Shown here: piece after piece, positions 6,523 through 14,042 of the stretch
How the letters are laid out: the number at the start of each line of letters is the position of its first letter
How positions within the stretch are numbered: the stretch's first letter is position 1
Assembly (NCBI RefSeq): GCF_000022265.1
Contig: NC_011979.1
Location: 2,610,001 to 2,642,000, forward strand
Reading direction: 5' to 3'
Origin: Geotalea daltonii FRC-32
GTDB lineage: Bacteria; Desulfobacterota; Desulfuromonadia; Geobacterales; Geobacteraceae
Length of the DNA stretch: 32,000 bases
The notes under the pieces: generated by a model
Seen by the model: only the letters and a program-made list of their open reading frames with translations
Database searches by the model: none
What the model was told of the DNA's origin: nothing
Program-made: the position numbers and the translations under genes

Positions 6523-8601
6523 ATGGGAAAACAAAGATTCAAGATATTCATGGCTGTGGTTGTTGCATTGCTTTGTGGGGCAGCCGGGCAGGGCGAGGCC
6601 GGTACACCTGTCTTCGGCAACATGTCGGGGCTTACCGTACCGGCAAGCTACAAGGTGACTAACCTGGATTTCAGTGCCATCGCAATCAACGACGCAGGGC
6701 AGGTGCTTTCCAGTGACTGCCGTTTCTATGACAAAGGCAATGTCATAAGTATCTACACGCCGGTGCAGCCGTGCATCGGTGTCGGTCTGAACAACGCCGG
6801 CCAGGCTCTTGTCTTTGGTGGCTACCAGAGTCCCGTCACCTACATTTACTCCAACGGGAATCTAACCCAGCTCAACACGGCACCATGGTACTCCCCTTCA
6901 TGGATTGTCAGACCTGAAGGCATTAACGATTCGGGAAAGGTCATTGCTACTGCCGAGTACAGTGGCTGGCTCAGCTACTCGGTTCTTTTCGACACGGTTA
7001 ATGGGACCAGTACCAACCTTTCGGCGATGATTCCCGGCGTGGGCTATAATGGCCCGCGAACCATTACCAATAAGGGGGATGTTTCCGGCTGGTACTGGGA
7101 TGCAAACTACTCTTCACAGGGCTATGTCATACGGAGCAATATCTTTTCCCAGGTGCCCTACTTTTACCCCGTCATAAATGATAACGGAGTGACCGTGGGG
7201 AATCGCTCGGTGCTTGATCCTGTTACCGGCACCAGGTACGAGCACATGTTTTATTCGAAAAACGGGATGGAGGTGGATCTGGGCAATTTCGGCGGTTCCT
7301 ACATCAGGGCGGAAGCAGTCAACGAGGCGGGGCTGGCCGTGGGATACGGTGCCTATAACCCTACTATCAATGGGTTGAACTACGGTTTTGTTACCGATGG
7401 GCGCAAGCTCTATAACCTCAATGACCTGGTCCCGGCCGGAACACCGACGATTTCGACTGCAAGCGGCATCAACGCCTATGGACAGATCGCAGCGGGGGTG
7501 ATCCTGACCCCGATTACTCCTCCTGTTACCACAGCGTATCCTGACATTGCCGCAGGGAAGGTCAGTCTGCAGGCTTTAGATTACGATTTCGGCGTTAAAG
7601 CTCTCCATTACTCTCTCAACGGGGAGGCCGAAGTCGTTGAGGCTTCCGGTGCTGCAACCATTCAGCTCGTTCCCGGGGTAACCAACACCGTCAGCTATTA
7701 TGCAATCGATAACGCCGATAATGTGGAAACGGCCCGAACCATCACCGTCAATCTCGACACCGTTCCCCCTGTGACCACCCCGGTGCTCAATGGCTATGTC
7801 GGGCAAAACGGCTGGTTTACATCGGCGGTTCAGGTGGCCCTATCGGCAATCGATAACTCATCGGGGATCGCCAGAACCGAATACAGCCCGGACGGCGTTA
7901 ACTGGACGGTCTACACCGCTCCGCTCAACATAACTGCCAGCGGCGTCACCACCGTTTACTATCGGTCTGTGGACACAAATAACAACACCGAGGCTACGAA
8001 ATCCATTGCCGTGTCCATAGATCAGGCTGCTCCGGTTACGACTGCCGTCGTCTCTGGAACCCTGGGAACCAATGGTTTGTACACCTCTGCCGTAAAAGTG
8101 GCACTAAGCGGCATCGATACAGCATCGGGTATTGCCAGGACAGAATACAGCGTTGATCAAACTACCTGGACTGCCTATGCTGCTACCGTCGATATCCAAA
8201 CCGATAGCACCACCACGGTATACTACCGCTCGGTTGATTTGGCCGGAAACGTCGAAGCAGTGAAGAGCGTAACCTTTACCATCGACAAAACCGCTCCCTT
8301 CATCGGCAGCATGAATCCTGCTGCCAATGCCGTCAACGTCCCAATCGCCTCAAGCATTACTATCATCTTCAGCGAAGATATATCAACGGGAGGGGCATTT
8401 GCCGGCGTCGCTCTCATGCGGGGCTTGACCAAAGTTGCAACCTTAAATACCGTTTCGGGCAACACTGTTACCATCAAGCCTGTCAAATTGCTTGGCAAGA
8501 TGGCTACTTACACTGTTACCGTTCCGGCCGGTGCCGTCATCGATGCTGCGGGTAACAACAGTGCCGCCAGTAGCTTCAGCTTCACCACCGGCAGACGCTA
8601 G
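6523..8601 (+). CDS. Large secreted surface protein: HAF-type repeat N-terminal region, three tandem Ig-like modules and a C-terminal SbsA/Big_5-like Ig domain
   Basis: ATG at 6523 is preceded by GGAGGA (6510-6515) and followed by a signal peptide (MGKQRFKIFMAVVVALLCGAAGQGEA). Repeated INDAGQV / LNNAGQA / INDSGKV / VNEAGLAVGY motifs match the HAF extracellular repeat. The three tandem modules contain YS.DG..W..Y...VYYRSVD..GN.E. The C-terminus (MNPAANAVNVPIASSITIIFSEDI) is SbsA-Ig-like. Confidence 0.85.
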   Translation: MGKQRFKIFMAVVVALLCGAAGQGEAGTPVFGNMSGLTVPASYKVTNLDFSAIAINDAGQVLSSDCRFYDKGNVISIYTPVQPCIGVGLNNAGQALVFGGYQSPVTYIYSNGNLTQLNTAPWYSPSWIVRPEGINDSGKVIATAEYSGWLSYSVLFDTVNGTSTNLSAMIPGVGYNGPRTITNKGDVSGWYWDANYSSQGYVIRSNIFSQVPYFYPVINDNGVTVGNRSVLDPVTGTRYEHMFYSKNGMEVDLGNFGGSYIRAEAVNEAGLAVGYGAYNPTINGLNYGFVTDGRKLYNLNDLVPAGTPTISTASGINAYGQIAAGVILTPITPPVTTAYPDIAAGKVSLQALDYDFGVKALHYSLNGEAEVVEASGAATIQLVPGVTNTVSYYAIDNADNVETARTITVNLDTVPPVTTPVLNGYVGQNGWFTSAVQVALSAIDNSSGIARTEYSPDGVNWTVYTAPLNITASGVTTVYYRSVDTNNNTEATKSIAVSIDQAAPVTTAVVSGTLGTNGLYTSAVKVALSGIDTASGIARTEYSVDQTTWTAYAATVDIQTDSTTTVYYRSVDLAGNVEAVKSVTFTIDKTAPFIGSMNPAANAVNVPIASSITIIFSEDISTGGAFAGVALMRGLTKVATLNTVSGNTVTIKPVKLLGKMATYTVTVPAGAVIDAAGNNSAASSFSFTTGRR
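7519..8298 (+). repeat. Three tandem 82-90 codon intragenic repeats (Ig-like modules)
   Basis: The units run 7519-7764, 7765-8028 and 8029-8298. Each begins with P(P/A)VTT and ends with (L/I)D..(P/A)P. Units 2 and 3 are clearly similar to each other at the protein level. Confidence 0.7.
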
Positions 8602-8656
8602 ATTTGAACGTCGACGGTTCACATGGCTTTAATTTTGAACTTGCAACCTGAAAAAA

Positions 8657-8692
8657 GGCCCATACAAGATTTTCTTGTATGGGGCCTTTTGG
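8657..8692 (+). terminator. Rho-independent terminator of the surface-protein gene
   Basis: GGCCCATACAAG, loop, CTTGTATGGGGCC (one bulge), followed by TTTTGG. Confidence 0.75.
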
Positions 8693-8752
8693 TGTGAATC
8701 TGTATGATCTTTTGTCGTTAGCATCTTGAGTTTCATCGGAAGGAAATGAAAG

Positions 8753-8791
8753 GGGGGCGGGATGACCTGCGAAAGGTCAATCTCTGCCCCC
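8753..8791 (-). terminator. Candidate terminator downstream of the 53-codon ORF
   Basis: On the minus strand, GGGGGGC...GCCCCCC encloses a nested GACCT/AGGTC hairpin and is followed by TTTCATTT. Confidence 0.5.
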
Positions 8792-8810
8792 CATAAGACC
8801 GAAGCGGTCC

Positions 8811-8972
8811 CTAATGTTTATTCATGGCAAGTAGAAACTCCATCACGCCGAGAAGATTCACCAGCCTCCTGAACAATCTGTTTTTCTCCTGAATACTTCC
8901 TGCAGTTCGCAGCTTTTTCTTTAATAACTGAATCTGTTCCTGGACGAGATCTAGGGGATAAAGCGCCTTCAT
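8811..8972 (-). CDS. Small alpha-helical protein (53 aa), below the ORF-track cutoff
   Basis: Hand translation gives MKALYPLDLVQEQIQLLKKKLRTAGSIQEKNRLFRRLVNLLGVMEFLLAMNKH*. GGAGG lies 5 nt upstream of the ATG (GGAGGTGACAATG). TATAAT (8993-8988) and TTGACA (9027-9022) hexamers lie upstream but 28 nt apart; TTGACA-17 nt-TAACTT is the alternative pairing. A terminator-like hairpin lies downstream. Confidence 0.5.
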   Translation of the reverse strand: MKALYPLDLVQEQIQLLKKKLRTAGSIQEKNRLFRRLVNLLGVMEFLLAMNKH

Positions 8973-9059
8973 TGTCACCTCCGTGAGATTATAAAGATAA
9001 GTTAATCATCCCGGAGCATCTTGTCAAGGCCGCCAGCAGCCGATTCGTACCTTCATTTT

Positions 9060-10058
9060 TCACTTCTTTGCCGGAAAGACTATGGCCAAGCCCTTGTCAT
9101 TCCGGTCAATTCTGTAGGAGGGAAAATTGCTTCCGTCAGCATCGAAAACCATGCGGACTTTGTCTGGGTAATTACCGACACGTGCCTTTGACAACCCGAA
9201 GCGTCGCAAGGGGATTTCTTTCGCTGCCAGAGGGGTTTTGCTCATGGGCACATCTATTACAAGCCGGGCCGGATTGATCAGGGTAAAGGCTTTATAGTCA
9301 TCCAGCCGTGAATTGGCCGCAATTTCCAGGCTATTGTTATTGATGCGGATCCCATTGATGGTGCGGGACGGATTGGGCTGCGGCACGACCGGCAGCAGTA
9401 TGCGTTTGTCAGCTGGAAGGGTTTTCAGTGGCTCCGGAGCTGGTGCGGCGGCTACTTTTTCGACGGCAGAACCGGGTATTGCAGCTGCCAGCGGCTGAGA
9501 GACTGGTATCGGGACGGGGACAGGGGCAGGAACTGACACGAGGGCAGCGGTTTCAGGGACTCCGACAGGGGCAGCGGCAGAGTCTTCAAGTATTTTATCG
9601 TGCATCTGTTCTGCGTGGCTATCTTCTGTTTTCCCGGTCACAGTTTCACTGCTCCTGGGCCGAAAGCTAACCATCAACCTGGACCTGTCGCCTGCATCGG
9701 GATGAACCGAAAAATCGGCGTCCGATTCCAGATTGATCACGATTCTGGTCAGTGAAAAGGTTGTTACCTCTTTTTTCTCAACGGTTATTTTGGATATGAG
9801 ACCGGAACTGGAGATGACTGGGCTTACCTCGCCAGGATCAACGAGGGCCAGGTCGATAACAACCTTAAGCAGGTCCGGCATGCGGTAATAGGTGTAGGTG
9901 AGGGGACTGTCGGCGATGATTTCCATATGGGCGCCAGAACCTGGTCTTGAGACACGCACGTCTTGCAGGGTAGGATTGGATTTGGCGAGAGCAGTGCCGT
10001 TAAGGCCGGAAAATACGAGAAACATCCACACCAAACAAAGGGATCTGAAGTTTTGCAT
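9060..10058 (-). CDS. Secreted protein with two AMIN domains joined by a Pro/Ala-rich linker
   Basis: It has a signal peptide (MQNFRSLCLVWMFLVFSGLNGTALA). AMIN-like modules sit at the N-terminus (VRVSRPGSGAHMEIIADSPLTYTYYRMPDLLKVVIDL) and the C-terminus (IRINNNSLEIAANSRLDDYKAFTLINPARLVIDV...VRMVFD). Confidence 0.85.
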   Translation of the reverse strand: MQNFRSLCLVWMFLVFSGLNGTALAKSNPTLQDVRVSRPGSGAHMEIIADSPLTYTYYRMPDLLKVVIDLALVDPGEVSPVISSSGLISKITVEKKEVTTFSLTRIVINLESDADFSVHPDAGDRSRLMVSFRPRSSETVTGKTEDSHAEQMHDKILEDSAAAPVGVPETAALVSVPAPVPVPIPVSQPLAAAIPGSAVEKVAAAPAPEPLKTLPADKRILLPVVPQPNPSRTINGIRINNNSLEIAANSRLDDYKAFTLINPARLVIDVPMSKTPLAAKEIPLRRFGLSKARVGNYPDKVRMVFDADGSNFPSYRIDRNDKGLAIVFPAKK

Positions 10059-10112
10059 GATGAATTCTCCAATGCATTAAAATAGTGTAACTGTAATAGC
10101 CAACGGTGATAC

Positions 10113-10138
10113 AGAAAAGGCGAAGCCGGGGCTTCGCC
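10113..10138 (-). terminator. Rho-independent terminator after the dodecahaem cytochrome gene
   Basis: On the minus strand, GGCGAAGCC / GGCTTCGCC forms the stem and is followed by TTTTCT. Confidence 0.7.
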
Positions 10139-10170
10139 TTGTTCTTTCAAGGGGCTTTATTGTTTCACTT

Positions 10171-11193
10171 TTACATTTTGTGGCATTTCTCGCAGTCTCC
10201 TGCTACCGAGAAGGCATCCTTGGCATTGTGGCATGCGCCGCAGGATGCGCCGCTTTCCATCTGGCCCATGGTAGCGTGCTTTGCGCCGGCCTTATAGGGG
10301 AAAACCTTGGTGTGACAATCTATACATTTGTACATGCCCAGATGGAAATCATGACTGAAAGTTGCGTCCCCTGAGTCGGTCTTGAAGGTAATGTTGCCAG
10401 GCTTGAACCCTTTGTGGCACTTGTCGCAATCACCGCTGGAGGAGAAGGCTTCCTTGCCGTTGTGACATGCACCGCAGGATTTTCCCTTCCCCATGTCTTC
10501 CATGGTGAAGTGCTTTGCACCGGCCTTGTATGAAAAAATCTTGGTATGACAATCCTTGCAGCTGAACATTCCGGTGTGGACTTTATGGCTGAAGGATGCA
10601 GCACTTATACCCTTTGTTTTGAAGGTTAGCTCCTTCGGAGTCATACCCTTGTGGCAGTTACCGCAGTTGCCGGCAACAGTGAAGGCTTTGCTGCCGTTGT
10701 GGCATGCGCCGCAGGTTTTGCCTTTTTCCATCTGCGCCATGGTCACACGACCTTCCTTGCCGGTTATGACCTTGCCGTTGTGGCAGCTTTTGCATTTTCC
10801 CCCCAGCGATTTAAGGTGGGAATTGTGGCTGAAAGCTGCGTCTGTGGCACCTTTGACCTTGTAGGTTATATTGCGTGGTTTTCCTTTGTGACAGCGGTCG
10901 CAGGATTTTTCATCGGCAACGCTGAAGGTTTTGACGCCGGAATGGCAGGCGCCGCAGGACTTTGTCTTTTCCATTTCGGCCATGGTGAAGTGGCGGCGCT
11001 TTCTCAGATCAAAGATGGCATTGTGGCAAATTCTGCAGTTGTTGTTGTATTGTTTCAAATGAATGTCGTGACTGAATACGACCGGGTCGGCATTGTCAAA
11101 CTTGAACTGGACGTCTTTGGTTTCCTTTGCCTGACTGAAAAGCGGGGTGGCCAAAAGAAAGAGAAATGCCAGGAGGGTGAGGCGAAGCTGCAT
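10171..11193 (-). CDS. Periplasmic dodecahaem c-type cytochrome made of four c7-type trihaem modules (GSU1996-like)
   Basis: It has a signal peptide and exactly 12 CxxCH motifs (CRICH, CGACH, CDRCH, CKSCH, CGACH, CGNCH, CKDCH, CGACH, CDKCH, CIDCH, CGACH, CEKCH). They fall in four units of about 80 aa, each with F(S)H..H and TM(A/E/G)(E/Q/D)M motifs. Confidence 0.95.
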   Translation of the reverse strand: MQLRLTLLAFLFLLATPLFSQAKETKDVQFKFDNADPVVFSHDIHLKQYNNNCRICHNAIFDLRKRRHFTMAEMEKTKSCGACHSGVKTFSVADEKSCDRCHKGKPRNITYKVKGATDAAFSHNSHLKSLGGKCKSCHNGKVITGKEGRVTMAQMEKGKTCGACHNGSKAFTVAGNCGNCHKGMTPKELTFKTKGISAASFSHKVHTGMFSCKDCHTKIFSYKAGAKHFTMEDMGKGKSCGACHNGKEAFSSSGDCDKCHKGFKPGNITFKTDSGDATFSHDFHLGMYKCIDCHTKVFPYKAGAKHATMGQMESGASCGACHNAKDAFSVAGDCEKCHKM

Positions 11194-11284
11194 GATACAC
11201 TCCTTTATGAGAAATTTTTTTTATTTGAAATTGAGGTTTTTGACTATACACTCTGACTTATAAATCGTCAATACTATTGTACTC

Positions 11285-11301
11285 ATGCAGACAGGCTGCC
11301 T
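11285..11301 (-). promoter_or_regulatory. Degenerate sigma-54 (-24/-12) type promoter candidate upstream of the dodecahaem cytochrome
   Basis: The minus strand reads AGGCAGcctgtCTGCAT. GG-N10-GC spacing is correct relative to TGGCAC-N5-TTGCW. It lies about 95 nt upstream of the ATG at 11193. Confidence 0.3.
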
Positions 11302-11325
11302 GAGCTTCTATCCGGGAGTTACGCC

Positions 11326-11853
11326 ATGAAGATCGTTTTTATTGTCCTGATGTCCGTCTGCCTTTGGATGCCGGCATCAGAATCACAGGCTGCAGTTTAC
11401 CAGTGGGTGGACGACAAGGGGGTCGTTCATTTCACCGACAATGCCGACAAAATACCCTCGAAATATTTGAACAAGGTGCGGGAGAGAGAATCGGTCAATG
11501 GTTCGGTCACTGTCACCCCTTCAACTGTTCAGCCAAGCAAACAGCCGGATAGGGGAGATACTGTCGACAGGGCACCCGTCCGTGAAGACGAAGGAGTGTG
11601 GCGCTCCCGTTTCAGTGGATTGCGTGAGGAGAAAAAGCAGGTCGAACGCGGGCTTGTGGCAAAGAAGGAAAAACTGGCTACCTTGAGGCGAAAAAAGGCC
11701 GCTTATGGGCGAGGCAGTGACCGAACTGCTTATTATGACCAATATGCCGAGATTGAAAGGGATGAAACGCGGATCAAGGAGTTGGAACAGAGACTTCGAG
11801 ATCTGGACGCTGAGGCGGGAAGGGCGGGGGTTCCTCTGGAGTGGCGGCAGTAA
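11326..11853 (+). CDS. DUF4124 domain-containing secreted protein
   Basis: A signal peptide is followed by the DUF4124 signature YQWVDDKGVVHFTDNADKIP. The C-terminal half is a charged coiled coil. Confidence 0.8.
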   Translation: MKIVFIVLMSVCLWMPASESQAAVYQWVDDKGVVHFTDNADKIPSKYLNKVRERESVNGSVTVTPSTVQPSKQPDRGDTVDRAPVREDEGVWRSRFSGLREEKKQVERGLVAKKEKLATLRRKKAAYGRGSDRTAYYDQYAEIERDETRIKELEQRLRDLDAEAGRAGVPLEWRQ

Positions 11854-11857
11854 CCTT

Positions 11858-12373
11858 CTAACGCCGCCTCGGTTTCTTTTCCAGTTCCATATCCAGATGT
11901 TTCAGCTGCTCAATGGTCTTCCGCAGTTCCTTGTTTTCCTTTATCAGTGAGAGGTTGTGTCCCTTCAGACTGGGTATTTCCCTGGCCAGCGCCCTTATCT
12001 CCCTGTTCTGGCGTTGGGCCTCTTTGATGACGGCCACAAGCGGCACGGACAACCGCGTCCATGGACTGGATGGATAATCCCGTTGCAGTGTTTCCAGCCT
12101 TTTCAAGGACTGCTCCATGTCCTCCCTGACAATGCCGGCTTTCAGCTGTATCAGGCTCAGGCGAAACAGAGCTTCGTCGGTTACTCCCGCTACCCCTTCC
12201 TTTGAGACCACCTCTCTGAGCCATTTTTCCGCTTCATGTTCTTTTCCTTCATCATACAGCTTCACTGCCCGTGCAAGGCTGCTGTCCCGACCATGGTGCA
12301 GGACGCCGCTTCCTTCCCTGCCGGTGGCGCAGCCGCTCAGTATCAAAAACATCATGAATAGTATTTTCTTCAT
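11858..12373 (-). CDS. Lipoprotein with a TPR-like region and a C-terminal coiled coil
   Basis: The lipobox is FLILSGC. Its ATG overlaps the stop of the upstream GGDEF-family gene as ATGA (12370-12373). Confidence 0.75.
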   Translation of the reverse strand: MKKILFMMFLILSGCATGREGSGVLHHGRDSSLARAVKLYDEGKEHEAEKWLREVVSKEGVAGVTDEALFRLSLIQLKAGIVREDMEQSLKRLETLQRDYPSSPWTRLSVPLVAVIKEAQRQNREIRALAREIPSLKGHNLSLIKENKELRKTIEQLKHLDMELEKKPRRR

Positions 12374-13698
12374 CTTTTGACCTTGCGCCGATTTATCAGG
12401 TAATTGCTCCCCGGCATTGATTTGACGTAATCCTTGATTTCGGCGGCGGCTTTGGCAATGGCCACGGCAGAGTCAAACTCCCCTTTTCGGCATATGGTTA
12501 TGGCAATGGAAATGGTCATGATCGGAAAGGTGCGCGGCACTCCATAACGGTCTACCGCATCGATCGCCCCTCTGGCCAGATCGTCCGGTGTGTAGTGGTT
12601 GCGGATCTCTTCGTCGAACATCTTGATGACTGCCTCGCAAACGGGAACCGAATTTTCCATGGCAACGACCATGACGAAGTCGTCCCCGCCGATGTGGCCG
12701 ACAAACGCACTGTCTTCCGCCTTCGCCTTTACCGCCTCGTAAATGATCTCGCCGGCCTTTTTGATGACTTCGCTTGCTTTTATGTAGCCGTAATGGTCGT
12801 TATAGGCCTTCAGATTGTCCAGATCAGCATAGCATACGGCAAAGGGCACGTCTTCCTGCAGCCTTTTATTTAGAATGCCTTCTATTGCTATATTGCCCGG
12901 TAGCCTGGTCAGTGGACTGGCGTCCAGGCTCATCTGTTCCAGTACCTTGAGTCTCGCCGCCATATTGATAAAATCCCTTGCCAGTTCGCCGATCTCATCA
13001 TCTGCCTTTATCTTCGGGTCATAATCGAAATCCCCTTCGGCGATCTTGTGGGTTGCCGTCTTCAGCCTTCTGATGGCGGTGGAGACATTATAGATGAAGA
13101 GGCTGGCCACGGTCATCGCCAATGCAAATCCTGTGAAGGAGAGGGCAATGGTCCAGGCGATGGTGAATTTTTCCTTTTCGTCAGCCGCCTCCAGCTTTAC
13201 CCTGAGCTGGTCCTTGGTATTGTTATAAATGAGGTCGATGGCGTTGAAGACTTGAGCGGTGGAGCTTTTGAGCGCCTCCGGGTTGCCCTTACCTGAAAAC
13301 AGCCGGTCGGCATTTATTCTATACTCTTCATAGCTCTTTAACAGAGGGGCAACATCCGGCTGCTGCCTGCTTTTTGCCAGTTTTTGCAACAGATCAAGAA
13401 ACTCCAGTTCCCGCCCACGAAACATATCCGTGAATTCGGAGCTTTTCAGTATCTGATACTTTGCGGCATATCTTTCCTGGGCCTGCATCGTTTCCCGCAG
13501 CTTGCTCGTTGCATTCAATATGGCCAGATCGTTTCTGGCAATCTCGGTGGCTATCTTATGCACGGAAAAAAGACCGAAAATGGCGAAAGCGATTGCTGCG
13601 GCAGTAAAAAAAGCCATTGCCGCATAACCGGCAACCAGTCTTTGAACAAGGGTCAGTTTTGGTGAAAATGATTTAATTTTCATGAGCTGATTGACCAT
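12370..13698 (-). CDS. Membrane sensor: periplasmic helical-bundle domain, HAMP, and a GGDEF-family domain with a non-canonical GGDDF motif
   Basis: Two TM segments flank a helical periplasmic region of about 150 aa. The HAMP region is AIRRLKTATHKIAEGDFDYD...DEIGELARDFINMAARL. The GGDEF-family core is PLTRLPGN, YADLDNLKAYNDHYGY and HIGGDDFVMVV. There is no RxxD I-site. Confidence 0.85.
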   Translation of the reverse strand: MVNQLMKIKSFSPKLTLVQRLVAGYAAMAFFTAAAIAFAIFGLFSVHKIATEIARNDLAILNATSKLRETMQAQERYAAKYQILKSSEFTDMFRGRELEFLDLLQKLAKSRQQPDVAPLLKSYEEYRINADRLFSGKGNPEALKSSTAQVFNAIDLIYNNTKDQLRVKLEAADEKEKFTIAWTIALSFTGFALAMTVASLFIYNVSTAIRRLKTATHKIAEGDFDYDPKIKADDEIGELARDFINMAARLKVLEQMSLDASPLTRLPGNIAIEGILNKRLQEDVPFAVCYADLDNLKAYNDHYGYIKASEVIKKAGEIIYEAVKAKAEDSAFVGHIGGDDFVMVVAMENSVPVCEAVIKMFDEEIRNHYTPDDLARGAIDAVDRYGVPRTFPIMTISIAITICRKGEFDSAVAIAKAAAEIKDYVKSMPGSNYLINRRKVKR

Positions 13699-13821
13699 GG
13701 CTTGGCCATTCTATTGCAATGCCCTGTTTTAGTCAAATCATTAGCTTGGCATAATTGCTGTTGAGAGCCGATTGGATTGAGATAATCGGCTTAGGGCAAT
13801 GTAACTGCCATGTATTAGCGG

Positions 13822-13850
13822 TTGCGAGTGGTGTATAGCTGTGTTATAAA
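13822..13850 (+). promoter_or_regulatory. Sigma-70 type promoter upstream of the structured element and nadC
   Basis: TTGCGA (13822-13827), a 17-nt spacer, then TATAAA (13845-13850). The predicted start at about 13857 is just before the 5' arm of the long stem. Confidence 0.5.
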
Positions 13851-13862
13851 AAACCACTTAAA

Positions 13863-14042
13863 TAGTTTCCATCCGGAAACTCCGGATGAGAAACTAGTGG
13901 TTTCCGATTCGGAAAGAGGGGATTTTTTGTTCTGGCAAGGGAATCAAGGGCTTGCGCGGAGACGTACATCGGTACGTCGCACAAGTAAGCCCGCAGATTG
14001 ACGCTGCCAGGGCAGAAAAGAACCCTTTCCGGATGGAAACTA
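13863..14042 (+). ncRNA. Candidate structured RNA, or 5'-leader or MITE-like element, closed by a 17-bp perfect stem
   Basis: TAGTTTCCATCCGGAAA (13863-13879) is perfectly complementary to TTTCCGGATGGAAACTA (14026-14042). Internal helices are GGG/TTTTTT/CTGGC (13917-13936) with GCCAG/AAAAG/CCC (14006-14025), an imperfect roughly 20-bp hairpin at 13948-13992 tipped by GACGTAC-ATCG-GTACGTC, and small hairpins at 13880-13916. The strand is assigned from the upstream promoter. Confidence 0.4.

Noticed and set aside
10651-11256. 201-aa plus-strand ORF, plus 10556-10864 and 10180-10374
   Set aside because: These are antisense to the dodecahaem cytochrome gene. They are kept open by the repetitive Cys/His/Gly codon composition of the true gene.
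13863-14042. Possibility that the structured element is a GEMM (c-di-GMP/cGAMP) or NAD+ riboswitch
   Set aside because: The conserved GEMM-I core (GGCAAACC...GAAA...GACGCAAAGCC) and the NAD+-I CAACCCC-type core are not present beyond short chance similarities. The element is kept as an unclassified candidate instead.
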